A DNA stretch of 64,000 nucleotides, from positions 19,468,001 through 19,532,000 of the forward strand of contig NC_043010.1 in the NCBI RefSeq assembly GCF_006345805.1. The letters run 5' to 3'. Positions 1-12,749 of this stretch are shown here, piece by piece. The notes below the pieces were generated by a model. The model was not told the origin of the DNA. It did no database searches and worked only from the letters and a program-made list of their open reading frames with translations. Source of the stretch: Octopus sinensis. Lineage: Eukaryota. How positions within the stretch are numbered: position 1 is the stretch's first letter; the number at the start of each line of letters is the position of its first letter. The position numbers and the translations under genes were made by a program.

Positions 1-182
1 CAAACGGATTAAGTCGATTATATCGACCCCAGTGCGTAACTGGTACTTATTTAATCGAGACCGAAAGGATGAAAGGCAAAGTCGACCTCGGTGGAATTTG
101 AACTCAGAACGTAGCGGCAGACGAAATACCTCTAAGCATTTCACCCGGCGTTCTGTCGATTCTGCCAACTCACCGCAACGTT
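1..182 (-). mobile_element. SINE family B copy, cut by window edge
   Basis: Reverse complement matches the repeat at 39110, 39352 and 56327 (gagttcaaattccgccgaggtcgactttgcctttcatcc, B-box-like). Confidence 0.8.
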
Positions 183-1293
183 ATATGAATGTGTGTGTGT
201 GTGTGTGTAGATGTCTGATTTTATCATTTCCTCCATCCATTCTTTATTTGTCTCATTAATGTGTCTGTGTGCAGGCCATGCGTGTGTGTGTGTGTGTATG
301 TATGTTTGCATGCGTGTGTGTATACGTATGGCTTTGTGTGAGTCATTTCCGCCCACCAACACTTCACATTCTTGCTAATTCAGTGCATGTATGTAATGTC
401 TGTGTGTATGTGTATATGTGTGTGTGTGTGCGTGCGCGCGTGTGCGTGTTTATGTGTTGCATGTATATACGTTTGTATGCATGTATGATATGTATGTTTG
501 TATCCAGGCATGCATTGTATTGTTCCTGTGTATGCATGCCTGCATGCATGCTTTAATTTTCCTTGAGTTTATATCATGACTGACCACCTGCCTAGTAACC
601 AGCTTGTAAAGAAAGGATCTTCTATTTGTCATTCTTTTGTGCAAATCACCCACCCATCCATTCATCCATCCATCCACCTACCCATCCACCAATCCATCCA
701 CCCACTCATCCATCCATTCACCCATCCATCCATCCATCCATTCCTTCATTCATTCATTCATTCATTCAGCCTTTAAAGTTTTAAAACCTTGTAGAATGTG
801 ATTGTTCCAAGCCATCGTGATTGCTTGCAGAATACCAATTCTGTCAGTACTTCGGTACAGGCATAATGAAGGAATGTGGCCTTGTCCAGGCATGGACATC
901 CATTATCAGGAAGCAGGTCACATAAGATATCTTTTTATTTTTTATATTTTGTTTCAGCCGTTTGTCTGTGGCCATGCTGGGGCACCGCCTTGAAGAATTT
1001 TTAATTAAATCAACCCTAGGACTTTAAAAAAAAAAAAAATTGTACTAATTCTATCATTTTCTTCTGCTGCCGAACTACTAAGTTATGGGGATGTAAACAA
1101 ACCAACACCAGTTGTCAAGTGGTGTTGGGGATAAACACAGACAAAGACACACACACACATATATACAATGGGCCTTGTGAGTGGATTTGGTAGTTTCTGT
1201 CTACCAGATCCACTTACAAATCTTTAATTGGCTCGAGGCTGTAGTGGAAGACACTTGCCCAAGGTGCTACACAGTGGGACTGAACCCAGAACC

Positions 1294-1635
1294 ATCATCA
1301 TCATCATCGTTTAACGTCCGCTTTTCATGCTAGCACGGGTTGGACGATTTGACTGAGGTCTGGCAAACCAGATGGCTGCACCAGACTCCAATCTGATCTG
1401 GCAGTGTTTCTACAGCTGGATGCCCTTCCTAACGCCAACCACTCCATGAGTGTAGTGGGTGCTTTTACGTGCCACCAGCACGAGGGCCAGTCAGGCGGTA
1501 CTGGCAACGGCCACGCTCAAATGGTGCTTTTTATGTGCTACCTGCACAGGAGCCAGTCCAGCGGCACTGGTAACGACCCCGCTCGAATGTTTTTTCTTCA
1601 CGTGCCACCAACACAAGTGCTAGTAAGGCGACCTT
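1294..1635 (-). mobile_element. SINE family C with (GAT)n tail
   Basis: catcatcgtttaacgtccgc...ggatgcccttcctaacgccaaccactc recurs about 10 times (7548, 9895, 20895, 26730, 30380, 38105, 60188, 61190). Confidence 0.8.
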
Positions 1636-2516
1636 GTGTTTCAGAAACAAGCTTCTTACCACACAGCTATACCTGCTCCTCATCATCAGGCCGGTCACAC
1701 TACAAAAATAATTGAAGCTGATTTTTCATTGATGAACCATTTAGAAAAATACTGCAAGCCTGGCCCAGTTGGTGAGTGTGTTATGCTCATTATTGTAATG
1801 TTGTGGGTTCAATTCCTGGCCTAACCAATGTGTTGTAGCTTTGAGCAAAACACTTCATTTCGCATTGCACAGTCTACTCAACTGTAATGACTATCAACCC
1901 AGTGCCAGTGCAGCCTTCTCTCTCCCCTTAGCTGTCACACTCTGGATGCTTTGTGAGTCGAAGGGTGGGAAAACCAAGAGGGTGTTTGTGTTTACTTGAG
2001 ACTCCACAGACACCTGAAAGAATTAGTGAAAGTACAGTACATGTTATTAAGCCATTATGTCCTCACAGGAGATTGATAACTATACTGAGCTTAGGTAATT
2101 GGAGGCTTTCAATCAGTTACATTGCATAACTTAAAGTGCCGGTAAAAAAAATGCCTGATTCTTAATATGAATTCATGTGTTGAAACAAACCTTGTGTTTT
2201 GGTGGGGTCATTATGCCAATAAACACACACACACACACACACACACTCGTTCAATATCACTTCTTTATTGTTTGTCAATTGGTTAAATATCTAACCGACA
2301 AATTGATCGTTTGTTGAATGTGCTGGTTAAATGGTTATTACTGTTGTATTTCCTCGTCATATAGATGTCAGACGAGCGGCTAACTTCGCATTATAGCTTG
2401 TTACAATTTTGTTCTTCCAGACAACAATATTATACTGGGTGTATTCTAATTTCTAAATTTTAGAGATGAGGAATTCTGTACATTGGATGGATATGTCCTC
2501 ATCTAGTTTGTTGTTA

Positions 2517-2560
2517 CCACAACGTTTCGGCTGATTTACTCTCCAGCCTTCATCAGGTGT
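2517..2560 (-). ncRNA. Minimal type I hammerhead ribozyme motif (C3-G8 core) in a Penelope-like repeat
   Basis: Minus strand reads acac-CTGATGA-a-ggctg(gagagtaaat)cagcc-GAA-ACGT-T-gtg: short stem I, 5-bp stem II, palindromic ACGT stem III. Confidence 0.65.
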
Positions 2561-2644
2561 CCTGAGGAAATTTTGAGCCCAACCCTGGGTTCTCATTCCC
2601 AAAGTAATTTTTTTTTTGCTGGTGTTATTATTATTATTATTATT

Positions 2645-3210
2645 GAGTGAGAGAGCAGTGCATGCCATCAAAATGACATTGGGGTAAAATATACGAAGCC
2701 CAGTATACCCATCATGACTACCCGTCTGATAAGGGTACACCAGGCACATGCATCACAACTAAATGTGTGCGACATGGTGATCTCATATCAAGATAAACAG
2801 CGCATGACCTTACAGATGGGGCCCAGTTAGAATTTTCTTCTGGTCTGGTAACCCATCCCACTCAAAAGGTCCCTGCTTAAGGGTTGTTTAAGGATGTTGA
2901 ATGAAACACCCGTGTTTCCAAAGGTGAATTATTCAAACCCCAAAGAATTCCTCTCAACACACGGCTATGATGCTCCCCCAATACTTCTGCTCATGATCAG
3001 AGATGCACATATCGTCAGCCACTAAGGGACATGGTCAACTGGTTAAGGTCAAACAACTGACAAGCAAATCTGTGGTGTTGAGCAGAATATTTGCTGTAGC
3101 CCATCTTTTATACCAAGGCAAAACAATGTACATGATATCACTTCCAATCAAAGATTAGAAGCCATGAGTAGAAGCCATGAGAGCCACTGTCTGGTACTGC
3201 ATCAAAGCAT
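2645..3210. mobile_element. Probable retroposon fragment between (ATT)n tracts
   Basis: Complex GC-richer block bounded by ATT microsatellites, nested between the inverted copies at 2480-2610 and 3430-3580; family not identified. Confidence 0.4.
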
Positions 3211-3211
3211 A

Positions 3212-3268
<57 letters not shown>

Positions 3269-3319
3269 CATTATTATTATCATTATTATTATTATTATCA
3301 TTATCATTATTATTTTTTC

Positions 3320-3388
3320 AAGGCACTGCCTGGAATTGAACTCAGAATCCTGTGGTTCAATTCCGAGTTCAATTCCAGGCAGTGCCTT
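3320..3388. repeat. Hairpin with ~29-bp arms inside (ATT)n/(AAT)n
   Basis: aaggcactgcctggaattgaactcagaat ... attccgagttcaattccaggcagtgcctt. Confidence 0.9.
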
Positions 3389-3480
3389 AAATAAATAAAT
3401 AATAATAATAATAACAATAACACCAGCAAAAAAATACCTTAGGAATGAGAACCCAGGGCTGGGTTCAAAATTCCGCCATG

Positions 3481-3524
3481 ACACCTGATGAAGGCTTGGA
3501 GAGTAAATCAGCCGAACCATTGTG
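3481..3524 (+). ncRNA. Degenerate copy of the hammerhead motif at 2517-2560
   Basis: acac-CTGATGA-aggct...agcc-GAAccatt-gtg; the GAAACGTT segment is mutated. Confidence 0.45.
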
Positions 3525-5254
3525 ATAACAACAAACAAGATGAGAACACATGTCCATTCATTGTAAATAATGTAAATAATGTGTTCTCATTTATTTCCTA
3601 ATTTTATTCTTAGGCTCCACCGATAGTCCATTGATTGATCAATCTCGGTATTTCTATCTTTATTCATCTTTATTCATTATGTCATCACTCATACATGTAC
3701 ACTACTGGCACAAGATATTACATGGCCATGTTGGTGGTAACTAAAGTGACATCCCCTGCCAGGCTAGTCGGGTAAGGAGAGGTGCTTTGCAATTACTTGG
3801 TTTCAGGACTACTGCTGCCACATGGCCATACTGGGGCACCAGCTTGAAGGGTTTCAGTCGAACAAATCAACCCCAGCACTTACTTTTGTTTTAAGTCTGG
3901 TAGTTATTCTATTGGTCTCTATTGTTGAACTGCTAGGTTATGGAGATGTAAAGAAATTAATACGGGTGGCCAAGCAGTGGGGGTAGAGACAAACAAACAA
4001 ACACACACACACACACACACACATACACACACACACACACACACATACTCATGTATGTGTGTGTGTGTATGATGGGTGTCCACAGTTTCTGTCTACTAAA
4101 TCCACCCATAAGGCATTTATTGCCCAAGGTGCCATGCGGTGGAACTGAACCTGGAACTATGTGGTCATGGAGCAAATTTCTTAACCACACAGTCGTTTCT
4201 ATGGTTATATATTCACAAACACACACACACACCATAACCAACGTTGTGGGTCTGAGTTTAACTGTGCTGTGATTTAGAGAAACCCATCCAGCATTTAGTG
4301 TCAGACCAGAATATTCTTTGTGTATAGGATGTGGGGGTGGGGGACACCTGGTTCCAGGTGAATGGTATGCTCAGACTGTGACAATTCAATCATCACCATC
4401 ACCACCATCACCTCCACTGCTACCATCACATTGCCATAATCGTCGCCATCATTATCATTATCACATTCATCACCACCACCACCACCACCATCATACAACT
4501 ACTTTTACTTCCATTACACTCCCACACACACTACCATCATCACTACCATTAATACCATCAGCAGCAGAACCATAATTACCATCACCACCATTACCACCCA
4601 CTACCTCTTCCGCCATGCATCAATTTATGAAGTGAATCCTTCCTTAAAAGCCAAATGCCACACTGATGACGCCATTAGTCAACCACACACACACACACTT
4701 ATACATACATAAACACACTCATACTTACAGAGAACACATACACACACACAATCACAGACACACACACACACACACGTACTCAAACATACTTTACACTTTT
4801 ATTTTCACACAAATATTTATAAACACATTACACATATCTTAATGTATGCACATAGACACACACTCACACACACACATGTACTCAAAACATGTTTTACACT
4901 TTTATTTTCCCATGAATAAACACATTACACATCTTAATACATGCACATAGACACACACACAAACACACACACACACACACACACGCACACATACAATACG
5001 TACACGCATTCTTTTATTCGTTTCAGTCATTTGATTGCGGCCATGCTGGAGCACTGCTTTTTAATCTAATAAATCAACCCCAGGATTTATTCTTTGTAAG
5101 CCTAGTACTTATTCTGTCTGTCTCTTTTGTCAAACCACTAAGTTACGGGAGCTTAAGCACACCAATATCAGTTGTCAAGTAATGGTGGGGGGACAAACAC
5201 AGACACACAAATACATACATACGTACATTTATATATCACCACCACCACCACCAC

Positions 5255-5552
5255 CATGACTGACCAGGCTGTCAGATGTTGCTACACATCGCTGGTCACA
5301 ATGCGCTTCGCATTGTTTTAGCCTTCAAATGATGCCACCCCGCTGGCTAAGCAAGCAGGCCAACAGAAGAAAGATGAGAGAAAGTTGTGGCAAAAGAGTA
5401 CAGCAGGGATCTCCACCATCCCCTATCAGAGCCTCATGGAGCTTTAGGTGTTTCGCTCAATAAACACTCACAACGCCCGGTCTGGGAATCGAAATCGCGA
5501 TCTTACGACCGTGAGTCTGCTGCCCTAAACACTGGGCCATTGCGCCTCCACA
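5255..5552 (-). mobile_element. tRNA-derived SINE family D
   Basis: Minus-strand head ggaggcgcaatggcccagtg...gatttcgattcccagaccgggc with A/B boxes; second copy at 40968-41241. Confidence 0.85.
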
Positions 5553-5570
5553 TGTATATATATATAATCA

Positions 5571-6089
5571 CTAGACATAAGTTTCATAAACTACAAAATA
5601 TAAATAACTACATTACCACACCTGAAACGTACCTGTTATAAAACTTCATCTCGACTTGAAGGAATCTGAAGGTATTTAGAATGTGCAAACCTATTTCTGC
5701 AAATGTACTAAGCACTGATGCTGATCAATAAGCGTAGGAGCAAGGTAAATGCAGTAAAAATAGTGGGGGTCAGTGGGGCCTTATTTAAGTTGGTCTTCAG
5801 AAATTGAACCTCCTTACGATACTCCCTGGGAGTTCATGGTATGAAATTCGTTGCCATTGCTCCGACTTGGTCACCAATGCCATGTATTTAGTTTAAAATG
5901 CAGTAAAAATAGGGTTGGGGTCAGTGGGGCCCTAATTAAGCGGCCTTTAAAAAACAGACCCCCTTAGGACATTCCCTGGGATTAGGGGAGTTGGTGGTTT
6001 GAGTTTCGTTGTCCTTGCACCAATGGTCTAGAAGTTAATGAACATAAAATCGTAACAGACAGAGAAACATCACACAGATTTATAATAGG

Positions 6090-6090
<1 letters not shown>
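5571..6090 (-). mobile_element. Non-autonomous Helitron-like element, copy 1
   Basis: ~520-bp inverted homolog of 29344-29867; 5' TC and 3' CTAG termini, no TIR or TSD. Confidence 0.65.
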
Positions 6091-6136
<46 letters not shown>

Positions 6137-6208
6137 CATATATTGGTAAAACCGGTAAGATAACAAAAGAAAGAAAGAGACCTCAATATTATGTAAATAG
6201 AGGAATTT

Positions 6209-6254
6209 ATCTGTAAATATAATATGTGATAATTGTCACATATTATATTTACAG

Positions 6255-6256
<2 letters not shown>
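6209..6256. repeat. Fold-back palindrome ending an insert in (TA)n
   Basis: atctgtaaatataatatgtgataattgtcacatattatatttacagat. Confidence 0.9.
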
Positions 6257-6285
<29 letters not shown>

Positions 6286-7074
6286 CCAGCCCTCAGTCAA
6301 ACTGTCTAACCCATGCCGGCATGGAAAGTGGATGTTAAACGATGACGATGATAATGATGATGATGATGATAACATATATATGTGTGTGTGTGCATATATA
6401 TATATATATACAATGAGCTTCTTTCAGTTACCGTCAACCAAATCCACTCACAAGGCTTTAGTTAGCCGAAGGCTATAATAGAAGACAGTTGCTCAAGGTG
6501 CCACCACGCAGTGGGACTGAACCCCAAACCATGTGGTTGGGAAGCAAGCTTCTTACCACACAGCCACTTTTGCACCTTTACAATACTTTCATACACATAC
6601 AACACTTACCCCACACATACCTTAGATATATCCTACATGGACATGCATACTGTACATATACTGTGCACACACATACCACATGCGCAACACACACACAACA
6701 ATATATACACCTCCCCCACACCTATACATACAAACATGTCGAATACATGTGATAGCTTGTACCACAAACACCACCAACTCAACGATTCCAATGCTGACAC
6801 CACACCACAATTTCCACTACCATCACCACCGCACCAACCCCATGTCAAGCCACCACCACATCACCGCTCCACAATTCTACTATCATCAAAACCATTAGAT
6901 CTGACTGTTATTTCTAGCATCCAAAGTGACTCATGTAGAAGCCACCATCTATAATTCATGGGCAAAGTGATAGTGGGGGAGGAAACAAAAATCACTTTGA
7001 TAACAGCATTTATTTTTATTTCTTCAACTGATAAATTGATAAATTATTTCTATTTCTAGGTCATCGGTTTTTCA

Positions 7075-7112
<38 letters not shown>

Positions 7113-7541
7113 TGTTTGTGTGTGTGTGTGTGTGTGCGTGTGTGTTTGTGTGTGTGTGTGTTTGTTTGTGTGTGTGTATGTTTGTGTGAGTGTTTGTGTG
7201 TGTGTGTGTTTGTGTGTGTTGTGTGTGTGTGTGTGTGTGTGTGTACATTGTTAAAATATGCGTATAATACATACCTCAATTAATGACTTTCAATAATGTT
7301 GGTTTTTATGACCAACATATTCCTGTAGACATTGACCTCCAGGTGTTAAAAGTTGATTGTTATATGCAAAAATCTCGGCTCTCACCAGTCTACGGGCGGG
7401 ACATTAGGGAAGCTGTTCCTTCTCCACCATCACCAATAACACTGACACCACCACCATCCTCTTCTTGGTAGTCTCTTGGATCTGAGAAAAAGGATTCCAC
7501 AATTTCTTGCTGAACAACCAGCTTAGATGATTGTAAATCAT

Positions 7542-7577
<36 letters not shown>

Positions 7578-8293
7578 TTCATCATTTAATGTCTGCTTTC
7601 CTTGCTGGCATGGGTCGGACAGTTTGACTGAAAACTGGTAAGCCAGGGAGCTGCACCAGGTTCCAGTCTGATTTGGCTTTGTTTCTACAGCTCAATGCCC
7701 TTCCTAATGCCAACCACTCTGAGAGTGTAATGGGTGCCTTTTATGTGCCATGAACACAGGTGCTTTTATGTGCCACCGTCATGGGTGCCAGTTATGTGAC
7801 ACCAGCATCAGCCACAACTATGATTTCACAATTCTTCTCAAGCACAGCATATTGCCAAAGGTCACGGTCACTTGTCATCACCTCGTTGTGGCCCAACATT
7901 CGAAGAACATGCTTCACCACTTCATACCATGTCTTCCTGGGTCTACCTCTTCCACAAAAAATATATATTAGCTACACAGGCAGTCTTAATACCGAGACGT
8001 AATATTTATCCCCACTTAAACACAAATGTTCTGTTAGAACAGACTATACTGTGGTAGAATAGCATGAGTGACGCTCTCTCATATTAGCTTTTGGTGCAAA
8101 ATGCATTCTTATTTATATCGTTAGTGGGAAGAGATAAGTCCTCACCATCCCCAGCCCCAAGACCACCAGATCACTTGATTTTGACCTTCCTTAGTCCTGT
8201 CAATGATGGCTGCTTGACCAAAGCTAATATGAGAGTTTCTCTTGTGGCATCTACTGCAGTATAGTTTGTTCCTACAGAACATCCATACTTTAT

Positions 8294-8399
8294 ATTATTT
8301 AAATTATTTACATTTGATGGATATTTGTCCTCATCTTCTTTGTTGTTAACAACAAACAAGATGAGGAGAAATATCCATCATGTAAATAATGTAAATAAT
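8294..8399. repeat. Palindrome of the 3' tail of the 2.5/3.5 kb hammerhead element
   Basis: Centred on gttaac (8345-8350); right arm aacaacaaacaagatgagg...tgtaaataatgtaaataat matches 3527-3580. Confidence 0.85.
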
Positions 8400-8657
8400 T
8401 CCTCATCTCTTAAATATAGAACTGTATCCATGTTTTAGCAGGGATAAATATTATCTCATTTGTTCAAATGGTGATCAAATGTTTGTGTTGTACATTATCT
8501 CCCTCCCTCCATCAAATCGGTGTTGTCTGATTGGTTCATGGTATGCCAATTGTCACATGTCAAAGTGAAATGTTTCATTAAGAGCACAAAGCACTGCTAG
8601 TCTTGGAATGGAAACCATGACCTTAGAATCATGAGTGCAACATCCCAACCACCAGAC

Positions 8658-8908
8658 CAGTAGTTCTCAACCATTTGATTCCTATTTTACTCTCCTGTAC
8701 ATTCATACACATTCAATGTATATACCAAAAAAAAAAAATCCCATTGTATTTTTAGAATTAAATATTTTTAGGAATTGTATTAAAAAAATTGTTAAAATAT
8801 TTTGCATATTGTTGAAATAAAAGTAATTTATTGCACATAAATTTTAACAACAAAATCTTATATGAATCCCCACCCAAGGGTCGTATGGACTCCAGTTGAG
8901 AACAACTG
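8658..8908. mobile_element. hAT-type MITE
   Basis: TIRs cagtagttctcaac / gttgagaacaactg; degenerate 8-bp TSD caccagac / cactaggc. Confidence 0.7.
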
Positions 8909-9171
8909 CACTAGGCCAACATTCCTCACCACCACCACTGATGAGCCTATTATAAATATATATATTAGACTCTGTTGGCAACAAAGACCTGCCAAAATAA
9001 AGCATATATATATATGTCAGGCGTGGCTGTATGGTAAGAAGCTTGCTTTCCAACCACATGGTTCCAGGTTCAGTCTCTTCTCTTATAGCCTCAGGCCAAC
9101 CAAAGCGTGTAAGTAGATCTGGTAGATGGAAACTGAATGAAGCTCATTGTGTGTGTGTGTGTTTATATATA

Positions 9172-9245
<74 letters not shown>

Positions 9246-9273
9246 ACACACACACACACACACCACACACACC

Positions 9274-9320
<47 letters not shown>

Positions 9321-9702
9321 ATGGTTGTGTGTCTGTGTTTGTCTCACCACAATCACTTGACAACTGATGTTGGTGTGTTTACATCCCTGTAACTTTGCAG
9401 TTTGGCAAAAGAGACAGATAGAATAAGTACTAGACTTACAAATAATAAGTCCTTGGGTCGATTTGTTTAACCAAGGGCAGTACTCCAGCATGACCATGGT
9501 CAAAATGACTAAAATGAATAAAAGGACAAAAGGCTATCACTACGTATGACAGTTGGCAGTGTGACGTTGGATGTGAGGGAGCTGTGGAGGCTGGAAGTAT
9601 GGTTTGGTGGATAGGTTCTTGCCTGAAGAGGAGACTGATGAGTCATGCATATAATATGACACATGCATGAAGTGTGGTGCTACATGGTTGTGTGTGACTT
9701 AA

Positions 9703-10148
9703 CCCTTTCATTACCAACCTCGCTGAAACCGGCTCTGACACTAAGTACAAATGTCTTGTTTTCATAAGTTTTGAATTAAAATCTTCCACCAAACCTTAGT
9801 CACACTTTATGTTCCTAACATCAGCTTAATGATAACTAAGTTATTTTACTAAATTCTTTATTATATTTAAAGTAATTGAAAGAAACACACAGCATCATCA
9901 TTGTTTAACGTCCGCTTTCCATGCTAGCATGGGTTGGACATATGACTGAGGGCTGACGAACCAGATGGCTGCACCAGGCTCCAATCTTGATCTGGCAGAG
10001 TTTCTACAGCTGGATGCCCTTCCTAACACCAACCACTCCGAGAGTGTAGTGGGTGCTTTTACGTGCCAGTCGGGCGACACTGGCAACGACCAAGTCAGGC
10101 GGCACTGGCAACGACCTCAGTCTCAAAATAAATACAGTAACGAAAGGG
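9703..10148. mobile_element. piggyBac-like MITE with nested family C SINE
   Basis: TTAA|ccctttcattac ... gtaacgaaaggg|TTAA; related copy at about 51980-52179. Confidence 0.75.
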
Positions 10149-10707
10149 TTAAAGTGTTAGATGTGAAAGAAGCAAGTCTGTTTGATGGATGTATGAACTG
10201 AAGGAAAGAGAGAGTTTGGTTGGACGTTCACAAATCTTCCTGCAATTCTTGGAAGAGAAGGATAAGGACAGGTGATGGGAAAGGATGGTGAGTGGTTTGT
10301 GTTGTCAATCGAAGGTACATGTGGCAGAGGAAGGCATGGATGTGCTTACTGCAAGGTTTCGTAAAAAGAGAGTATGAGACATCATTTCTGATAAGCTACT
10401 CAACATCCTAGACTACCCTTTAACACATTGAGTGTCAAAGGGAAATGTGTAAATCAGTCCCGTGTGCCACATGTGGTTTTTTTTTCAAATTCATATAGTA
10501 TTTCAGTTGTATACAATAGCTGTATAAAGTTCATTTTTCAATGAGAAAACGTATACAATATACATATATGCGGCACATTTGTAAAGTTCCATGCATATAC
10601 ATATACTGTATACATGGCACTCAATGTGTTAAAGAAAGGCAACTTAAATGATTGCCTTGAAGTCCCTCAACAATACACTCCAGCATTTTGTCTATACATA
10701 TTTTATA

Positions 10708-10770
<63 letters not shown>

Positions 10771-10772
<2 letters not shown>

Positions 10773-11181
10773 CATAGGAGTGGCTGTGTGGTAAGTAGCT
10801 TGCTTACCAACCACATGGTTCCGGGTTCAGTCCCACTGCGTGGCACCTTGGGCAGGTGTCTTCTACTATAGCCTCGGGCCGACTAAAGCCTTGTGAGTGG
10901 ATTTGGGAGACAGAAACTGAAAGAAGCCCGTCGTATATATATATGTATATGTGTGCGTGTATGTTTGTGTGCGTGTATGTTTGTGTGTCTGTGTTTGTCC
11001 CCCTAGCATTGCTTGACAACCGATGCTGGTGTGTTTATGTCCCCGTCACTTAGCAGTTCGGCAAAAGTGACCGATAGAATAAGTACTAGGCCTACAAAGA
11101 ATAAGTCCTGGGGTCGAGTTGCTCGACTAAAGGCGGTGCTCCAGCATGGCCGCAGTCAAATGACTGAAACAAGTAAAAGAG
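10771..11181 (+). mobile_element. tRNA-derived SINE family A, full length
   Basis: A box tggctgtgtggtaag, B box ggttcagtccc, internal TA/TG tract, 3' end gactgaaacaagtaaaagag; more than 12 copies in the window. Confidence 0.9.
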
Positions 11182-11624
11182 TATATATATATATATAATA
11201 TTATATATATATATATATATAATATATATATGTATATATATATATCAGTGCTGGATTAACTATTAAGTAAAATAAAAATACGCTTAAGGCATCAACGGAA
11301 GTAGGGGGAGGGGGGCGTCAAAGAAATGGTAAATGGTTTACTGCACAAAAGAAATCACTTTAAACTTGCTAAAATGATATTCGAAGTGGTTTATATGATT
11401 GGAAACATAATGTCATAGTGTTCATGGCATCATGCTGAGGATCTGACAAAGACCTTGTAATTAAAAAGAGGAGAAAACTTTTCAAATATAAATAAAATGT
11501 CCAAAAATATGCATTATTTTCCATCTTTCTGTTGTTAGTTTTGTTTCATTTTGAAAAATAAAAATCTATTTTATGGTTTATTATTTTTTATACTTTGAAT
11601 TACATATATATATCATCATATATA

Positions 11625-11693
<69 letters not shown>

Positions 11694-11941
11694 GTATATA
11701 TATATATATGTAATAGAAATATTAAAATAACTAAGTCTCTCTAAAAGAGAACAGCGGCAGCGTTCCCGGAAAATAATAGTTATCGCCATACTAATATGGC
11801 ATTCTTATAAAAATAAGAAAAAAGCTGTCCGCTTATTAGCTCCATGAGGCCATCGCCTTAAGTTAGCTATTTGATACACAAACTGTATCCATATAACCTT
11901 CGAACAAGGGAGGTCAGTCGCTCCACACTACTTGACCGGCA

Positions 11942-11983
11942 GCTACAGACGCGTTTCGGAGTATTGCCCCTTTTCAATGCAGC
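11942..11983 (-). ncRNA. Type I hammerhead ribozyme motif, U3-A8 core variant
   Basis: Minus strand reads gctgca-TTGAAAA-gggg(caata)ctcc-GAAA-cgcg-TC-tgtagc; GUC site, palindromic ACGCGT stem III. Confidence 0.75.
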
Positions 11984-12472
11984 GTAGCCAGCCAGTAGGT
12001 GTCGCTTCCGACAATCTCTGTTCGATGGTTTTATTTACCTAGTTTCGGTGGAATACATCCACTTGTTTTCAATAATAGAAATATTAAAATAACTAAGTCT
12101 CTCTAAAAGAGAACAGCGGCAGCGTTCCCGGAAAATAATAGTTATCGCCATACTAATATGGCATTCTTATAAAAATAAGAAAAAAGCTGTCCGCTTATTA
12201 GCTCCATGAGGCCATCGCCTTAAGTTAGCTATTTGATACACAAACTGTATCCATATAACCTACGGACAGCTTTTTTCTTATTTTTATAAGAATGCCATAT
12301 TAGTATGGCGATAACTATTATTTTCCGGGAACGCTGCCGCTGTTCTCTTTTAGAGAGACTTAGTTATTTTAATATTTCTATTATTGAAAACAAGTGGATG
12401 TATTCCACCGAAATTAGGTAAATAAAACCATCGAACAGAGATTGTCGGAAGCGACACCTACTGGCTGGCTAC

Positions 12473-12514
12473 GCTGCATTGAAAAGGGGCAATACTCCGA
12501 AACACGTCTGTAGC
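12473..12514 (+). ncRNA. Type I hammerhead ribozyme motif, U3-A8 variant (inverted copy)
   Basis: gctgca-TTGAAAA-gggg(caata)ctcc-GAAA-cacg-TC-tgtagc; one change in stem III; predicted cut after 12508. Confidence 0.7.
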
Positions 12515-12676
12515 TGCCGGTCAAGTAGTGTGGAGCGACTGACCTCCCTTGTTCGAAGGTTATATGGATACAGTTTGTGTATCAAATAGCTAACTTAAGG
12601 CGATGGCCTCATGGAGCTAATAAGCGGACAGCTTTTTTCTTATTTTTATAAGAATGCCATATTAGTATGGCGATAC

Positions 12677-12725
<49 letters not shown>

Positions 12726-12749
12726 ATAAATTATATATATATATATACC

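Larger units (their letters stand above)
11711..12681. mobile_element. Retrozyme or Penelope-pLTR-like element: 362-bp monomer in tandem plus inverted copies
   Basis: Unit 11711-12072, repeated 12073-12261, then inverted 12263-12681 running through the monomer junction; near-identical copies; (TA)n on both sides. Confidence 0.8.

Noticed and set aside
141-776. Many ORFs rich in CV, HT, YI or poly-I, here and throughout the window
   Set aside because: Translations of (TG)n, (TA)n, (CATC)n and (ATT)n microsatellites
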